The notes under the pieces are model-generated. The model was given only the letters and a program-made list of their open reading frames with translations, did no database searches and had not been told where the DNA came from. The translations under genes were made by a program, and so were the position numbers. Of a stretch of DNA of 64,000 nt, positions 63,185 through 64,000 are shown piece by piece. Each line of letters starts with the position of its first letter. Position 1 is the first letter of the stretch. The stretch comes from Balanoglossus misakiensis (lineage: Eukaryota; Animalia; Hemichordata). The DNA lies in NCBI GenBank assembly GCA_040954595.2, contig CM082579.2, positions 1,873,908-1,937,907 of the forward strand. The letters are read 5' to 3'.

Positions 63185-64000
63185 GATTCTTGAGACGCAG
63201 CTGGAAAGAAAGCTAGAGTCACCTTGAGGATGCCTTGTTCTATCTTTTCTGTTATTTATTTTGCTTTTTGCCATTTTGACTGAAATATGCATATCTCACA
63301 GCGTGTGTAAATTAAGTTGATTTTTGTCTGTGACCACAAAGTGCTGACAGAGCCACTTGATTGAGACGCTAATTAAAAATTCTTCTTGAAGTTCAACTTC
63401 ACTGCATTAAATAATTAAGCTTTACAGAAGTCCATTCTTGTATTAAAATGTTGTGAGATTTTCATAAACTCAATGTCCTCTGTATCTCTTTGAGTGTTGT
63501 AAAATAATTTATTCACAAAGAACATGTCACATGACGTTTTATCTTGCATTGTGCTATAATAAGAAACATGAAGTGATTTAATTAACCAAATCATGTTGTA
63601 ATTGAAAGATAGAGACACCACCATAAAACTTTTAAGATTGGGCTGTTCTACAGAGTACAAAGTATATTTATTGGCAATGATGCTCAGTCCACATTTTGTG
63701 GTTGATAAACTTGTATTGCTTTGTATTGTGATCTGCCTAATTTTAAACACAGATACACATATGATCTAACTCTCAAACAGCACAAAATTAGATATGTCTA
63801 TCTTGGATTTTACACTACGTACACTATTAAAAGTCACTTGAAAATTATCAGACATTATGACCAACTTGTATTTATTTCAAAATATCGAAATAAACTCGAG
63901 AGTACACTATTATTCTTGTTGTGTCCTATTTCATCACTCCTGACCATCTATGATGTGAAGTGGTTCTAGTCTACTGCGCATGTAATAGGTTTCTCCTATC

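Overview
Animal genomic DNA with compact spliceosomal genes. The gene set and style suggest a marine invertebrate deuterostome, which is inference only. Positions 1 to ~19,000 are a homogeneous 87-bp tandem satellite (~218 monomers, running off the left edge). It grades, in the same 87-bp phase, into two small diverged monomer layers ending at ~19,705. All ORFs in that region are artefacts of the repeat. The unique sequence that follows holds, in order: a truncated GABA-B-receptor-like (class C GPCR) paralog (-); a complete 16-exon, 765-aa GABA-B-like receptor (-) with a remodelled ligand pocket and no coiled-coil tail; a possible orphan spliced transcript (-); INCENP (-); THOC2 (-) with two U12-type introns and a PAM2-like motif; ALKBH8 (+), whose ATG lies only 60 bp from the THOC2 ATG; and an ELMOD1/2-family gene (+). 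I see no prokaryote-style novel system. The best leads are a precise intron loss at an 8-bp microhomology between the receptor paralogs, the probably non-GABA orphan receptor, the THOC2 PAM2-like motif, the layered dyad-rich satellite, and apparent PacBio barcode remnants inside the array. Gene models were built by hand and family calls rest on recalled sequences, not database searches.
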